Positions 1 through 11,943 of a DNA stretch of 64,000 nucleotides are shown one piece after another (the stretch's first letter is position 1; the number at the start of each line of letters is the position of its first letter). Source of the DNA: TPA_inf: Saccharomyces (taxonomy: Eukaryota). Location: assembly GCA_000146045.2 (NCBI GenBank), contig BK006939.2:64001-128000 (forward strand), in the 5' to 3' direction. The notes under the pieces were generated by a model that saw nothing but the letters and a program-made list of their open reading frames with translations, made no database searches and was not told the DNA's origin. Position numbers and translations under genes: made by a program.

Positions 1-90
1 ATCACCGGTGTTCCATGGTACTCCAGCAGATTAAAGCCAGCCATTTCCAGTGCTCTATCCAAGGACGGTATCTACACTATCGCAAACTAG
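1..90 (+). CDS. PAU2: 3' end of a seripauperin (PAU family) gene; frame 1 translates ITGVPWYSSRLKPAISSALSKDGIYTIAN then stop at 88-90
   Basis: Characteristic PAU C-terminus ...SRLKPAISSALSKDGIYTIAN*. Position immediately left of TCA17/FRD1 fits YEL049W. Partial: the start is outside the window. Confidence 0.75.
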   Translation: MTGVPWYSSRLKPAISSALSKDGIYTIAN

Positions 91-708
91 AGACAAACGC
101 CAATTTAATGAAGGAAATGCTATGAAACTTAGATAATGAAATAAAAAAAAACCCTTTTTTTTTTTTTGGTAGTATAAATATCTTTATACGTACATACGTG
201 AACAATCACATCATATCTGTCAATTCTCGTTGTAACCATAACCTAGCACTTATTTCAGACTTTCCAAAGGTCGCAGTATCTTTATGACGAGCCATCCCAT
301 GTAAAAATTGCCGTGCCGGATATGAAGTGACAAAGATCAGTCTATATCTCGGAAAGCCAACAAATATCTTCATTATGAAGTAACGTATAGTGATTGCTTC
401 CACATCTGTTCAATTCGGACAATTTTCGTTAGCAGTAGAGTCAAAGCGATCGCCTTAATTGTCTCCGTATCTTATTTATTCATGAACAGCATGACAATTG
501 ACAGTCACTTGAATGAAGTAGAAAGTTTGATTGTCACGGTCATCTGAGATATACTACCGGCACCTGATCCCCGCTAATTAGGCAAGGCGAAACTGTCACC
601 AAGTTGGACATATTAGACATTAATAACTTCTCTGAATCGCTCTCACTCCAAAGCAGTGACATTAAATTTTGCTTTCATTCGTGAAAGAATCGACTAATAA
701 ATTATCAT

Positions 709-1167
709 TTATAATTCAACTTCAGTTGAAATAAACAACTCATCAAATTTTCTTTCCAAGCTTTTTATAATGGACTTTTCGTCACCGCTAACAAGTAAAG
801 GATTACATTTGACACGTATATAGATTTTTCTTACGGTTTCGAAAATCTGATTGATTGCTTCAAATTCATCATCAGCTCCACTTAGGCTTTTTTGTTCAAA
901 TCCAATGACAATCTTCAGGCCCGTCTGCTTAATCAACATAGCAAATACAGAGACACCTTCCAATTGAAAAATTGACTTCAGAAGAGGTTTGGAATCTAAA
1001 GAATGCCATTCAACCAAAGCACTTTCAAAATAATCTAACGATATGTTAGAAAGCACGTTATATTTGAGTACATCATTCATCTCATTCTCCGCCTCATTAG
1101 GGACGTAAATCAATATAGGTTTATCAGATTCATCTATCAATGATACGAAGCAAGGCCTCAAGCTCAT
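709..1167 (-). CDS. TCA17: TRAPP-associated sedlin-like protein, 152 aa
   Basis: Track ORF of 152 aa whose length and position next to FRD1 match YEL048C. The fold is small and sedlin-N-like. Confidence 0.8.
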   Translation of the reverse strand: MSLRPCFVSLIDESDKPILIYVPNEAENEMNDVLKYNVLSNISLDYFESALVEWHSLDSKPLLKSIFQLEGVSVFAMLIKQTGLKIVIGFEQKSLSGADDEFEAINQIFETVRKIYIRVKCNPLLVSGDEKSIIKSLERKFDELFISTEVEL

Positions 1168-1293
1168 AGTTTGGTGATATAAACGTACAATTTGATTTTT
1201 GGAGAGAATATTTACTCAATTTTCAACTCAATAACTTTTATGTAAAATGTTTCTTGGCCGTCGATGAGCTCTTCCGGCAGAACTTCGAAAGTG

Positions 1294-1314
1294 AAAAAAA
1301 AAAAAAAAAAAAAA
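1294..1314 (+). repeat. A21 homopolymer in the TCA17 promoter / FRD1 3' region
   Basis: Direct reading. Confidence 0.98.
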
Positions 1315-1384
1315 TAATAATAATATTAATACTACTTATATACTATTAAAAAATCGTTTAGAAATGATTCATTTATAAAATTCG

Positions 1385-2797
<1,413 letters not shown>

Positions 2798-3628
2798 TTA
2801 CAATTACGGATGAGGGGTTGTTGAAGTGAAGATAAGAAAAAAAAATGGGGTGCTATGTCAGCGTATTGTTCTCAGCTTTTATACGTGCAATAGATTAAGC
2901 TGTTCAGGAACGCGACGCGTTGCCCCCGTTACCGTTTGAAAAGAAAAAAATTTTCTTTTTCATACCTGTCTCTATTGTTTCAGTCATTCACTGCATGATG
3001 ACAAATGAAAGAAGAAAGACAATAGTAGTAAAAGCAAAAAAGGAATTAAAGTGAACGTTTTTTAGACTCTTACGCATACATATAAATATATATATATATT
3101 TGTATAAAAGGTGTACGTCGAAATCCTGTGAAGAAACCCTGCGAGAATATACATGGGTACATTCAATCTTAATACGTAGTATCGTAGAATACAAAGAAAT
3201 GTGCTTCTCCACGTGGATACGTACCGTTGTAAACTTTAATCAAGTACCAAAAAAACCAAACATATTCAGTCGATCTCTCAATGGGGAACAAAGAAAAGAG
3301 GTTCTTACCTTTTTTTCCTCCTTCCCTCAGAAAGACCACCTTCGTCCCTCCATAATAGGGTAGTTAGTCGCTAGGTGCGCTGGAAACTAACCATTGGTTC
3401 TCAAATGTGCCGACATAATTAGTTATAATTATGGTGTGAGAGTTGAAATATCCTTGAATAACAAAACAGAAAAAAGAAAAAACCCATTTGAATATAAAAA
3501 TCATTGATGCAAAAGAAAGCCGTTAAATCTACAATGCCACGAAATTATTGTAATGTATGAAAAAAAGGAAGAGGGTAGCAATCCTAAAACAAAAACCCTA
3601 ACAATACACATGATGCAACTGGAACGCA

Positions 3629-4792
3629 TCAGTATTTGTAGGTTTTTATTTCGCGGATAGCGTTGCCATCAACGTCGACCTCGGTGGATTCACTACGGTA
3701 AATCTGGGTAGGTCCGTTACAGTCGAAAGGATGTTCTTTAGCATAGTCGAAGGCCTCGGAGATGGCCAATTTGACTTTTTCCAAAGTATCTCTGGTGACT
3801 TGATAGTGGAACGAGACTCTACCACCCATTAGCTTAACGTTGTACTTCAAACCCTTCTTAACAAGGACATCTGGGTCCATTCTAGCGGCCTTCAGGTTAA
3901 TAAAGACAAAGTTGGTGTCTGCTGGAGACTCTAGCGGGATGCCCTTTGCCTCACAATATTCGGCTAATTCATGAGCCAAAGAGTGCGAGTACAGCAATTG
4001 GGACTTCCAATCGTTGTTGATGTTTACAAGAGCCATTCTAGCCATCATACCAGATTGTCTAATACCACCACCTTGTTGTTTTCTGAAATGGGTGGCCTTC
4101 TTGACAAACTTAAGGTTCCCAACCAAGACGGACCCAATAGGAGCACCCATAGACTTGGATAGACAGATGGAGATGGAGTCGAAGATTTCCCCATATTGCT
4201 TTAATGGCACGCCAGATTGTGCAGCGGCATTCCAGATTCTGGCACCGTCACAATGTAGTTTGAGACCATTTTCCATACACCAAGCTTTGATGCGGACCAG
4301 TTCTTCCAATGGATAAACAATACCGTGTAAAGTGTTTTCCAGAGAAATCAATCTGGTGGGGGCACCGTGAATATCACCGTCGTCTGGGACGTAGTGTGAC
4401 TTGATGTCTTCCAAGGTCAAGTAGTCACCGTTGGAAGGAACCACAGGAACCACCATCGCTTGAGACAAGATCGCCAGTCCAGCGGCTTCGTGAGTGTAAA
4501 CGTGAGCCCTGTAATCACATAGAATAGAGTATGGAGGTTGCATCAAGTGAGTTCTGATGGCAATCTGGTTGGACAAAGTCCCAGAGACACAGAACAAACC
4601 TGCTTCTTTGCCAGCCATGCGGGCAACGGTCTGTTCGAGCCTAACGGTGTCAACATCTTCACCGTAGACAGCGTCACCGATAGAGGCCTCTAAAGCGGCC
4701 TCCATCATCTCTGCAGTTGGAGTGGTGAATGTGTCTGACCGCAAGTCGTTAGCAGCGGTGATATATTTTGGAGGCAATTCGAATTCAGTCAT
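3629..4792 (-). CDS. GLY1: Low-specificity L-threonine aldolase (PLP-dependent), 387 aa
   Basis: The 387-aa ORF belongs to the threonine aldolase / beta-eliminating lyase family. Its position matches YEL046C. Confidence 0.92.
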   Translation of the reverse strand: MTEFELPPKYITAANDLRSDTFTTPTAEMMEAALEASIGDAVYGEDVDTVRLEQTVARMAGKEAGLFCVSGTLSNQIAIRTHLMQPPYSILCDYRAHVYTHEAAGLAILSQAMVVPVVPSNGDYLTLEDIKSHYVPDDGDIHGAPTRLISLENTLHGIVYPLEELVRIKAWCMENGLKLHCDGARIWNAAAQSGVPLKQYGEIFDSISICLSKSMGAPIGSVLVGNLKFVKKATHFRKQQGGGIRQSGMMARMALVNINNDWKSQLLYSHSLAHELAEYCEAKGIPLESPADTNFVFINLKAARMDPDVLVKKGLKYNVKLMGGRVSFHYQVTRDTLEKVKLAISEAFDYAKEHPFDCNGPTQIYRSESTEVDVDGNAIREIKTYKY

Positions 4793-5756
4793 TGTGTTTA
4801 TGTTTGCGTTTGTGTGCGGGAGTAAAAGTGAGTGTAAGCCTAGGAAAGGAGGTGGTTACGAACTAGCCAGCGGAAACAATGTACGTATATGTATGTAAGT
4901 ATTACTCTATACCAGACAGAACAAGATAGACGAGAAGGACACATGGAGGATTTGACAGGCAAGCTCAACACTTGCTTATATATATACACATATGTGCTAT
5001 TGCAAATGCAAAAAGCGTATATCCAGTGAAGAAAAAGACGAAAAAAGACGAAGAAATAAAAAGAAAAACCGGTGAACGAATATGGCAAGTGAAAAAGTGC
5101 GCAATGAGTAATACAAAGGGCGAAGCAGCGGGAAAAAAGAAACGGCGCTGCTGCCCGGAAACCGGAAGCGAAGCTTTGTGGGGTACGGGTGCATGCTCGG
5201 CTTTTTCCAGATAGGGGAAGTGCCGTCGCCAAAAAGGCAAGGGTCCGTTTCGCGTGACATTTCATAGCGGGCCAAGCGTGGGTCACGTGCTGCACAGGCC
5301 TGCCGCTGGCATGATTTGTCAGCACATATACAACAAGAAGTATTGGTTGCGTTGAAGAAAAAAAGAATAGTAATAACAATTTGGGGCCGTGTGTAAAAAA
5401 AATAGGAAACAGCTACCCCGGCGTGCCGTGTGGCTCTCTGTGCGAAGGAAGGCCCTGTCGCCGCACATATTCGATGAATATCGATGACGACGACTACCTT
5501 CTGGTTGCATAGTTTATTAGTCTGTGCCTGTTCTTCGGCGAGTGAGTAGATGAAAGAAAGAATGAGTTAGAGAGAATTCTAGGCCAGGTTCGGCTTAGTT
5601 AAGCTTAGCTTACTTTGGGTTTACTTAGCGTGCTTTTTTTCTTCCGCGCTGAGACGGTGAGGAATGGAAGTGTAAAGAAGCGAACGAGGGAAAAAAAGTT
5701 GTGACCTAGGGGAAGGTTAAAATTGTCATCATCATCAGCGTGAGAAAGTCGAAACA

Positions 5757-6257
5757 ATGAGCGGTAGTAGGGGCAATAGCAGCAATAGTAGCGTCAGTAA
5801 TAATAGTAATAATAACAATAATAATGACGGGGGCGACGAGAGATTGCTGTTTCTAAGAAGCGTGGGCGAACGCAATGAAATTGGCTTTCCCTCTAGATTC
5901 AAGTCGGCGCATTACAAGAAACCGACAAGAAGACACAAATCAGCGAGGCAGTTGATCTCGGACGAAAACAAGCGGATCAACGCCTTGTTGACCAAGGCTA
6001 ACAAAGCTGCAGAGAGTTCTACTGCTGCTAGGCGACTTGTGCCCAAAGCGACGTACTTTAGCGTGGAAGCGCCACCGTCTATCAGGCCTGCCAAGAAGTA
6101 CTGCGATGTTACTGGGTTGAAGGGCTTCTACAAGTCGCCTACGAACAACATTCGGTATCACAACGCAGAAATCTATCAGTTAATCGTAAAGCCGATGGCC
6201 CCCGGCGTCGATCAGGAGTACTTAAAATTGAGAGGGGCCAACTTCGTTCTAAAATAG
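5757..6257 (+). CDS. IES6: INO80 chromatin-remodelling complex subunit with YL1-C domain, 166 aa
   Basis: 166 aa with an N-terminal Ser/Asn-rich stretch and a C-terminal YL1_C-like region. Order matches YEL044W. Confidence 0.88.
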   Translation: MSGSRGNSSNSSVSNNSNNNNNNDGGDERLLFLRSVGERNEIGFPSRFKSAHYKKPTRRHKSARQLISDENKRINALLTKANKAAESSTAARRLVPKATYFSVEAPPSIRPAKKYCDVTGLKGFYKSPTNNIRYHNAEIYQLIVKPMAPGVDQEYLKLRGANFVLK

Positions 6258-6477
6258 GCATTGTATATGTATGTATGTATTTTAGCTTGTAGACAACCTT
6301 TCACACTTACATAGTTTGTCGCTGGTCACGTGCGACAATGCAAAATAGTGTAGAGTAAAGCTAAAAAGGACAAGATAAAGTGAAAAAAAAATAATAAAAA
6401 AAAAAAAGGAATATTGTTAATGGAAAGCGTGTAAAGACACATTACGCTCCTACCTAGGACTACCAACACATGCATGG

Positions 6478-9348
6478 ATGCCAGTCTCTGTAATAACCAC
6501 GGTTTTAGCATGTCTGTGGCTCTCTTATAGGCTCTATAAGTTTCTCACTATTCCTGTGTCCAGCATCGTCTCCACTTTGAAGATCAAAACTCCACCGGCA
6601 ACAAAAGTGTCTATCGACAAAATAGCCACGGATTCAGTGACCATTCATTGGGAGAACGAACCTGTAAAAGCGGAGGACAATGGCAGTGCGGATAGAAACT
6701 TCATTTCCCACTATTTGTTGTATCTGAATAACACACAATTGGCTATCTTCCCAAACAACCCAAACTCCCTTTACACATGCTGCTCCATCACGGGTCTCGA
6801 GGCGGAGACGCAGTACCAGTTAGATTTTATAACGATTAACAACAAGGGCTTTATCAATAAGCTACCCTCCATTTACTGTATGACGAAGGCGAGAGAGGCG
6901 AATGAAGCGTTAAAGACTAGAAAATGGAGAAGAAACACCATCACATCGTCCACAGCTATGCAGCCCAGAAACTCCAAGTCCGAACCCGCCCCGTTGCCCT
7001 CTCACTACTCCTCTGTTTCCCTGTCTACTTTCTCATCCAATATTACTAATAGCGCCACCAGCAATAATGGTTCAAATCTACCCGCTTACACATCTTTGAC
7101 TACGTTGAAGGATTTGGATTCGTTTTCCATCGATGATCTGAAAAAGATACTGATTTGCGCCCAGGAGGACTTACACGATGTGTTGTCCCAACAAACTTCG
7201 CTTTTGCAAGATTTTCAAGAATCGAAGTTAGAATTAGAACTAGAACTGGATAACTTGAAAACACATTGGTCGCACGAAATTGACTTGCGGAAATCCTTGA
7301 AATCCAATATCAAGTCATTGGAGAATTCTAAACTATTGACCGATTTGAAAATCGAAAAATTGAACAAGAAAATCGACAAATCCAAGGAAAAAATATCGAA
7401 AATGCGCAATGATATGCAGAAATGGTCTCAGGAAGATACCGAGCTGTTGTCTAAGGATACCATAAAGGAGAAATATTTCAAATTGCTAAATGAATCCAAT
7501 GCCTCTGTGGCCAATATCAACAAAGAAATTGAGTCTTTACAAAATGAAATTTCCAAGATGGAGGAGTCTAACAAGAGATTGAACGCCTCCAAAAAATCAT
7601 TGATTACTTCCATAGTGGTGAATGCCAATGTGGAAAACGATAAACCTATTGCTAGCGGAGAATTGTCGGCTGTTTTGAAGAAGCTCAATGATTTTACTTT
7701 AGAAAAAAATGGATTTTTAAGTAATGCTGGTGAAGAGTTTCTATCCAAATTGAATGCAGACTCATCATTGATTAAAATGATTAAGCAAGAGCTAAGCATT
7801 GATCAAGAATTGGAGGCCAACTGGAAATTGCAGAGGTCAAATTTGTTGAAGAAAATTAGTGCTTTAGAAAACCAATTTAATGAAATGAGCCTTAATAATC
7901 GGAATTTGAAAACAAAATTAATGGTTCAACCATATAAGAATAACGGTGATTCGCTTGCTGCCACCAATTCGAATAATTCCGCGGAAAAAAACAGAAGTTC
8001 TGGATCGATTCAATTACCATTATCCAACAACATGTCAAGAACGGGGTCCATTGATTTAATATCGAATAATAACAAAAGTATTAACAACAGTAATGCTGAT
8101 TCTGCTCCTCCGTTGAGGTTGCACAATCCAGTTTCGTACTCTCCTTCGAATGAACCCATACAACCTTCAAGCAGTCTATTGAGTCAATTGACACAGGACA
8201 CCGATAATCGATCAATGCTCTCCAATCACATCTCATCGAACAACGAAAACAAGCAACAGCCTTCTTCATATTCACATGCTTTACCTACAACTGCTACTGC
8301 TAATGCAACAGCAACAGCAACAGCAACTAATGGTCACTCAAGGTCAAATTTATGGACCACCGCACAATTCGCTCAACCTTCGCATCAACAAGTATCTACA
8401 GAATTGGATCAAGCTTTTGAATACGATAATGCAAACCACTTAATCAGTGGTTTGCAAAATATGATCTACGACGAAACAGACTATCCTGATAACATAAGCA
8501 ATTATTCCAAGGGTTTTACTACAGACGAACTTGACAATTACTGGACTAAGCAGCAACCCCAGGTGCGCAGCACAAATGAAAGTCTTTTCTCTACGACTGG
8601 AACACCTATGTCATCATATAAGGCTAACCCAGTAATATCTCCATATTCTAGTTCTCATTTGCGACAAACCTCCAACGCAACCAATACGAATCCTATGCAT
8701 CCACAGAGTCTACTCGCCGCTACATTGAATGATCCTTCATTACAAAGTTTTGTACGCAGTGGTTCTTTCTACAGTGCTCCGCAACCTGCAAACTCCTTAC
8801 AGAACAATATCAATGGCAATGAAACCGAGAACATTAGTCCAAGGATATCAAGTGACTTCAATTTATTGGTGCCAAACTTGAGCCCACGACTCTCAAACGA
8901 TGTGCCCATTGTTCCAGGCAATAACACTACTTTAACACCTTCACACTCGAACATATTAACAATGAACCATCAACCAACGGCGGATAACATTACACGAAGA
9001 TCTTTCCATGCCTCTTCACCACCTTTCAACTCCATATGGAATTCAAATACAAATCAACTTTCTCCTCCATTGGAGGAGCAGTATCACCTCGATGTGCCTG
9101 TGGGTCCAAAGGTTCCCGCTAAAGAACCAAGCCCTAAGCCTTCTCACAAGAGGAACCAAAGTAACAGCAGCATTTCTTCTGCATGGTCCAAGTTTAAGCA
9201 CAAGTCTGCATCATCACCTGCTAATGCGGACACGGATATTCAAGATTCATCAACTCCATCAACTAGTCCAAGCGGTAGAAGAATGTCAAAACTGTTGTCC
9301 AAGAGCGGTATGAATAATCTATTTAACCCGCACAGTCACGACTCATGA
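6478..9348 (+). CDS. YEL043W: Uncharacterised 956-aa protein with an N-terminal hydrophobic segment, a fibronectin-III-like region, a long coiled-coil and Asn/Ser/Thr-rich low-complexity tail
   Basis: Length and position match YEL043W. Heptad-rich central region (LELELELDNLK...). N-terminal TM-like segment VITTVLACLWLSY. Confidence 0.85.
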   Translation: MPVSVITTVLACLWLSYRLYKFLTIPVSSIVSTLKIKTPPATKVSIDKIATDSVTIHWENEPVKAEDNGSADRNFISHYLLYLNNTQLAIFPNNPNSLYTCCSITGLEAETQYQLDFITINNKGFINKLPSIYCMTKAREANEALKTRKWRRNTITSSTAMQPRNSKSEPAPLPSHYSSVSLSTFSSNITNSATSNNGSNLPAYTSLTTLKDLDSFSIDDLKKILICAQEDLHDVLSQQTSLLQDFQESKLELELELDNLKTHWSHEIDLRKSLKSNIKSLENSKLLTDLKIEKLNKKIDKSKEKISKMRNDMQKWSQEDTELLSKDTIKEKYFKLLNESNASVANINKEIESLQNEISKMEESNKRLNASKKSLITSIVVNANVENDKPIASGELSAVLKKLNDFTLEKNGFLSNAGEEFLSKLNADSSLIKMIKQELSIDQELEANWKLQRSNLLKKISALENQFNEMSLNNRNLKTKLMVQPYKNNGDSLAATNSNNSAEKNRSSGSIQLPLSNNMSRTGSIDLISNNNKSINNSNADSAPPLRLHNPVSYSPSNEPIQPSSSLLSQLTQDTDNRSMLSNHISSNNENKQQPSSYSHALPTTATANATATATATNGHSRSNLWTTAQFAQPSHQQVSTELDQAFEYDNANHLISGLQNMIYDETDYPDNISNYSKGFTTDELDNYWTKQQPQVRSTNESLFSTTGTPMSSYKANPVISPYSSSHLRQTSNATNTNPMHPQSLLAATLNDPSLQSFVRSGSFYSAPQPANSLQNNINGNETENISPRISSDFNLLVPNLSPRLSNDVPIVPGNNTTLTPSHSNILTMNHQPTADNITRRSFHASSPPFNSIWNSNTNQLSPPLEEQYHLDVPVGPKVPAKEPSPKPSHKRNQSNSSISSAWSKFKHKSASSPANADTDIQDSSTPSTSPSGRRMSKLLSKSGMNNLFNPHSHDS

Positions 9349-9770
9349 ACAATATTATAATACTTCCAGGTCGTGTATATATGTAGATATATAAATTATG
9401 AAACATAATATATGAAAGCAGTTTGAGCTTATTCTTAATCATCAATAGGGTAACGGTATTAATCTCATTTTTTCTTTTTTTTTTTCTTTTTATTTTGGCG
9501 TCTCGTCTCAATTTCATTTTTCCCATCTTTTTACAACTTCAATATGAAAAACATAACACATGAAAAATAACTGTCAACATTAATAATATTCCTTGCATAG
9601 TGCTTCGATTTTCCAAATATAAAAACAGTTTCTTTTACAAGCTTATTTAATTTTGGTTTTAAGGAGAAAGCACTAATAAAAAGGGCAAGGACTGCAATCA
9701 ACAATCTTTATTGGCGAACAGTTAAGGGTCCTCTCGAGAAGAAACATTAAGACATCATCGCACAAAAAAC

Positions 9771-11327
9771 ATGGCGCCCATCTTTAGAAATTACCGGTTC
9801 GCTATCGGTGCTTTTGCCGTTATTATGCTCATTTTGTTGATTAAAACATCTTCCATCGGTCCACCTTCTATTGCACGTACAGTTACTCCTAATGCTAGTA
9901 TTCCCAAAACTCCGGAGGACATCTCTATCTTGCCCGTCAATGATGAACCAGGTTACCTTCAAGATTCGAAGACTGAACAAAACTATCCTGAGCTTGCCGA
10001 TGCTGTGAAGTCACAAACAAGTCAAACATGCAGCGAAGAACATAAGTATGTTATCATGATCGATGCCGGCTCTACCGGTTCCCGAGTACATATATACAAG
10101 TTTGACGTCTGTACTTCCCCACCTACATTACTTGATGAAAAATTCGACATGTTAGAGCCTGGTTTATCTTCTTTCGATACCGATTCCGTTGGTGCCGCTA
10201 ACTCCCTTGACCCATTACTGAAAGTAGCAATGAACTATGTCCCTATTAAGGCAAGAAGTTGTACTCCCGTTGCGGTGAAAGCTACTGCAGGCCTAAGACT
10301 CTTGGGTGATGCCAAATCTTCAAAAATTTTGAGCGCTGTAAGGGATCATTTGGAGAAGGACTATCCTTTCCCAGTTGTCGAAGGTGATGGTGTTTCCATC
10401 ATGGGCGGTGATGAAGAAGGTGTCTTCGCCTGGATTACTACAAACTACCTATTAGGTAATATCGGTGCTAATGGCCCCAAGTTACCTACTGCTGCCGTTT
10501 TTGACTTAGGCGGAGGGTCTACACAAATTGTTTTTGAGCCTACTTTCCCAATAAATGAAAAAATGGTCGATGGTGAGCATAAATTTGATTTGAAGTTTGG
10601 TGATGAAAATTACACCTTGTACCAATTTTCTCATCTAGGTTACGGTTTGAAGGAAGGAAGAAATAAAGTTAACTCTGTTCTTGTGGAAAATGCATTAAAA
10701 GACGGCAAAATATTGAAGGGTGATAACACTAAGACTCATCAATTGTCATCTCCATGCCTACCGCCTAAAGTTAATGCCACAAATGAAAAGGTTACATTAG
10801 AATCCAAGGAAACTTATACCATTGACTTTATAGGGCCGGACGAGCCAAGTGGTGCACAATGTAGATTTCTGACTGATGAAATTTTGAATAAAGATGCTCA
10901 GTGCCAGTCTCCACCATGCTCTTTCAATGGGGTTCACCAACCTTCTTTAGTTCGTACATTCAAAGAATCGAACGATATCTATATTTTCTCTTATTTCTAC
11001 GACAGAACCCGTCCATTGGGTATGCCCTTGTCCTTTACTTTGAATGAATTGAACGATTTGGCAAGAATAGTGTGTAAAGGCGAAGAAACTTGGAATAGTG
11101 TCTTCAGTGGCATTGCGGGGTCCCTAGATGAATTGGAAAGTGACTCGCACTTCTGTTTGGACTTATCTTTTCAAGTGTCCTTATTACATACGGGATATGA
11201 CATTCCATTACAAAGAGAATTGAGAACTGGAAAGAAAATTGCCAATAAAGAAATCGGTTGGTGTTTAGGTGCGTCATTACCATTGTTGAAAGCTGATAAC
11301 TGGAAATGTAAAATTCAATCAGCTTGA
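9771..11327 (+). CDS. GDA1: Golgi guanosine diphosphatase (GDA1/CD39 apyrase family), 518 aa
   Basis: N-terminal signal-anchor followed by apyrase conserved regions ([20 protein letters not shown]). 518 aa equals GDA1 (YEL042W). Confidence 0.93.
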   Translation: MAPIFRNYRFAIGAFAVIMLILLIKTSSIGPPSIARTVTPNASIPKTPEDISILPVNDEPGYLQDSKTEQNYPELADAVKSQTSQTCSEEHKYVIMIDAGSTGSRVHIYKFDVCTSPPTLLDEKFDMLEPGLSSFDTDSVGAANSLDPLLKVAMNYVPIKARSCTPVAVKATAGLRLLGDAKSSKILSAVRDHLEKDYPFPVVEGDGVSIMGGDEEGVFAWITTNYLLGNIGANGPKLPTAAVFDLGGGSTQIVFEPTFPINEKMVDGEHKFDLKFGDENYTLYQFSHLGYGLKEGRNKVNSVLVENALKDGKILKGDNTKTHQLSSPCLPPKVNATNEKVTLESKETYTIDFIGPDEPSGAQCRFLTDEILNKDAQCQSPPCSFNGVHQPSLVRTFKESNDIYIFSYFYDRTRPLGMPLSFTLNELNDLARIVCKGEETWNSVFSGIAGSLDELESDSHFCLDLSFQVSLLHTGYDIPLQRELRTGKKIANKEIGWCLGASLPLLKADNWKCKIQSA

Positions 11328-11943
11328 ATAAGAACATGGACACCGCTTTTCGTCCCATGTATATTAAGGAAGAGGAGATTGCGGTGATATGTATTCTGTT
11401 ATATGTCCTATTCTATAACCCTTGAACAATATGTAAACGATTTTTACGTTATGAAAATCACTATTATCCCCACAATAGTTTATTATAACACCGCCGCCAA
11501 GACAGGGGATTGAAAAGGCCTTCCGAGGTTTATCCATTTTTGGTAAAAGCCCGCCACGCCTTCAGGTGTTTGAGTATGAACTGGAAGAGTTATCTGTTAG
11601 GACCTCATAATCTTGAACATATGAGATAATTTAATATACTTTTGTTATGGATTGTTCCGTTGTTTTAAGACTATATGGCTTTGTTTTAGTTTTAGGGTGA
11701 TTGTGGATATCACACCGGTCCTCAAGAAAATCGAAAACAAAAGGATAATCGGACTTATCTGGTGATCGAAGAAACTGCATTTCAGGTCGTTTAATAAACT
11801 GCTAGCTATTGATATTATATATATAAATAAACCTACAATCAGGTTAGTGTATTCATCTCACTTCTATAGCGTTGTGAAAGGGAAATGGAAATAGTGCAAT
11901 CTCAATAAATCTGCTTACGTGACATTTTTTACTAAAAGAGAAT

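Noticed and set aside
1261-1270. PAC-like motif TCGATGAGCT upstream of TCA17
   Set aside because: It is one mismatch from GCGATGAGCT, has no accompanying RRPE, and TCA17 is not a ribosome-biogenesis gene; likely coincidental.
2915-2920. ACGCGT (MluI cell-cycle box) hexamers at 2915-2920 (FRD1 upstream) and 26117-26122 (SPF1 upstream)
   Set aside because: A single 6-mer is expected by chance several times in 64 kb. Neither gene is a known G1/S (MBF) target, and there is no clustering of sites.
4840-5510. Minus-strand ORFs 4840..5379 (179 aa), 4965..5240, 4997..5275 and 5319..5510 in the GLY1/IES6 intergenic region (one corresponds to the dubious YEL045C)
   Set aside because: Multiple mutually overlapping frames and extreme low-complexity compositions (Phe/Leu/Ser-rich from AT- and GC-skewed DNA); no domain. 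They are more likely promoter DNA.
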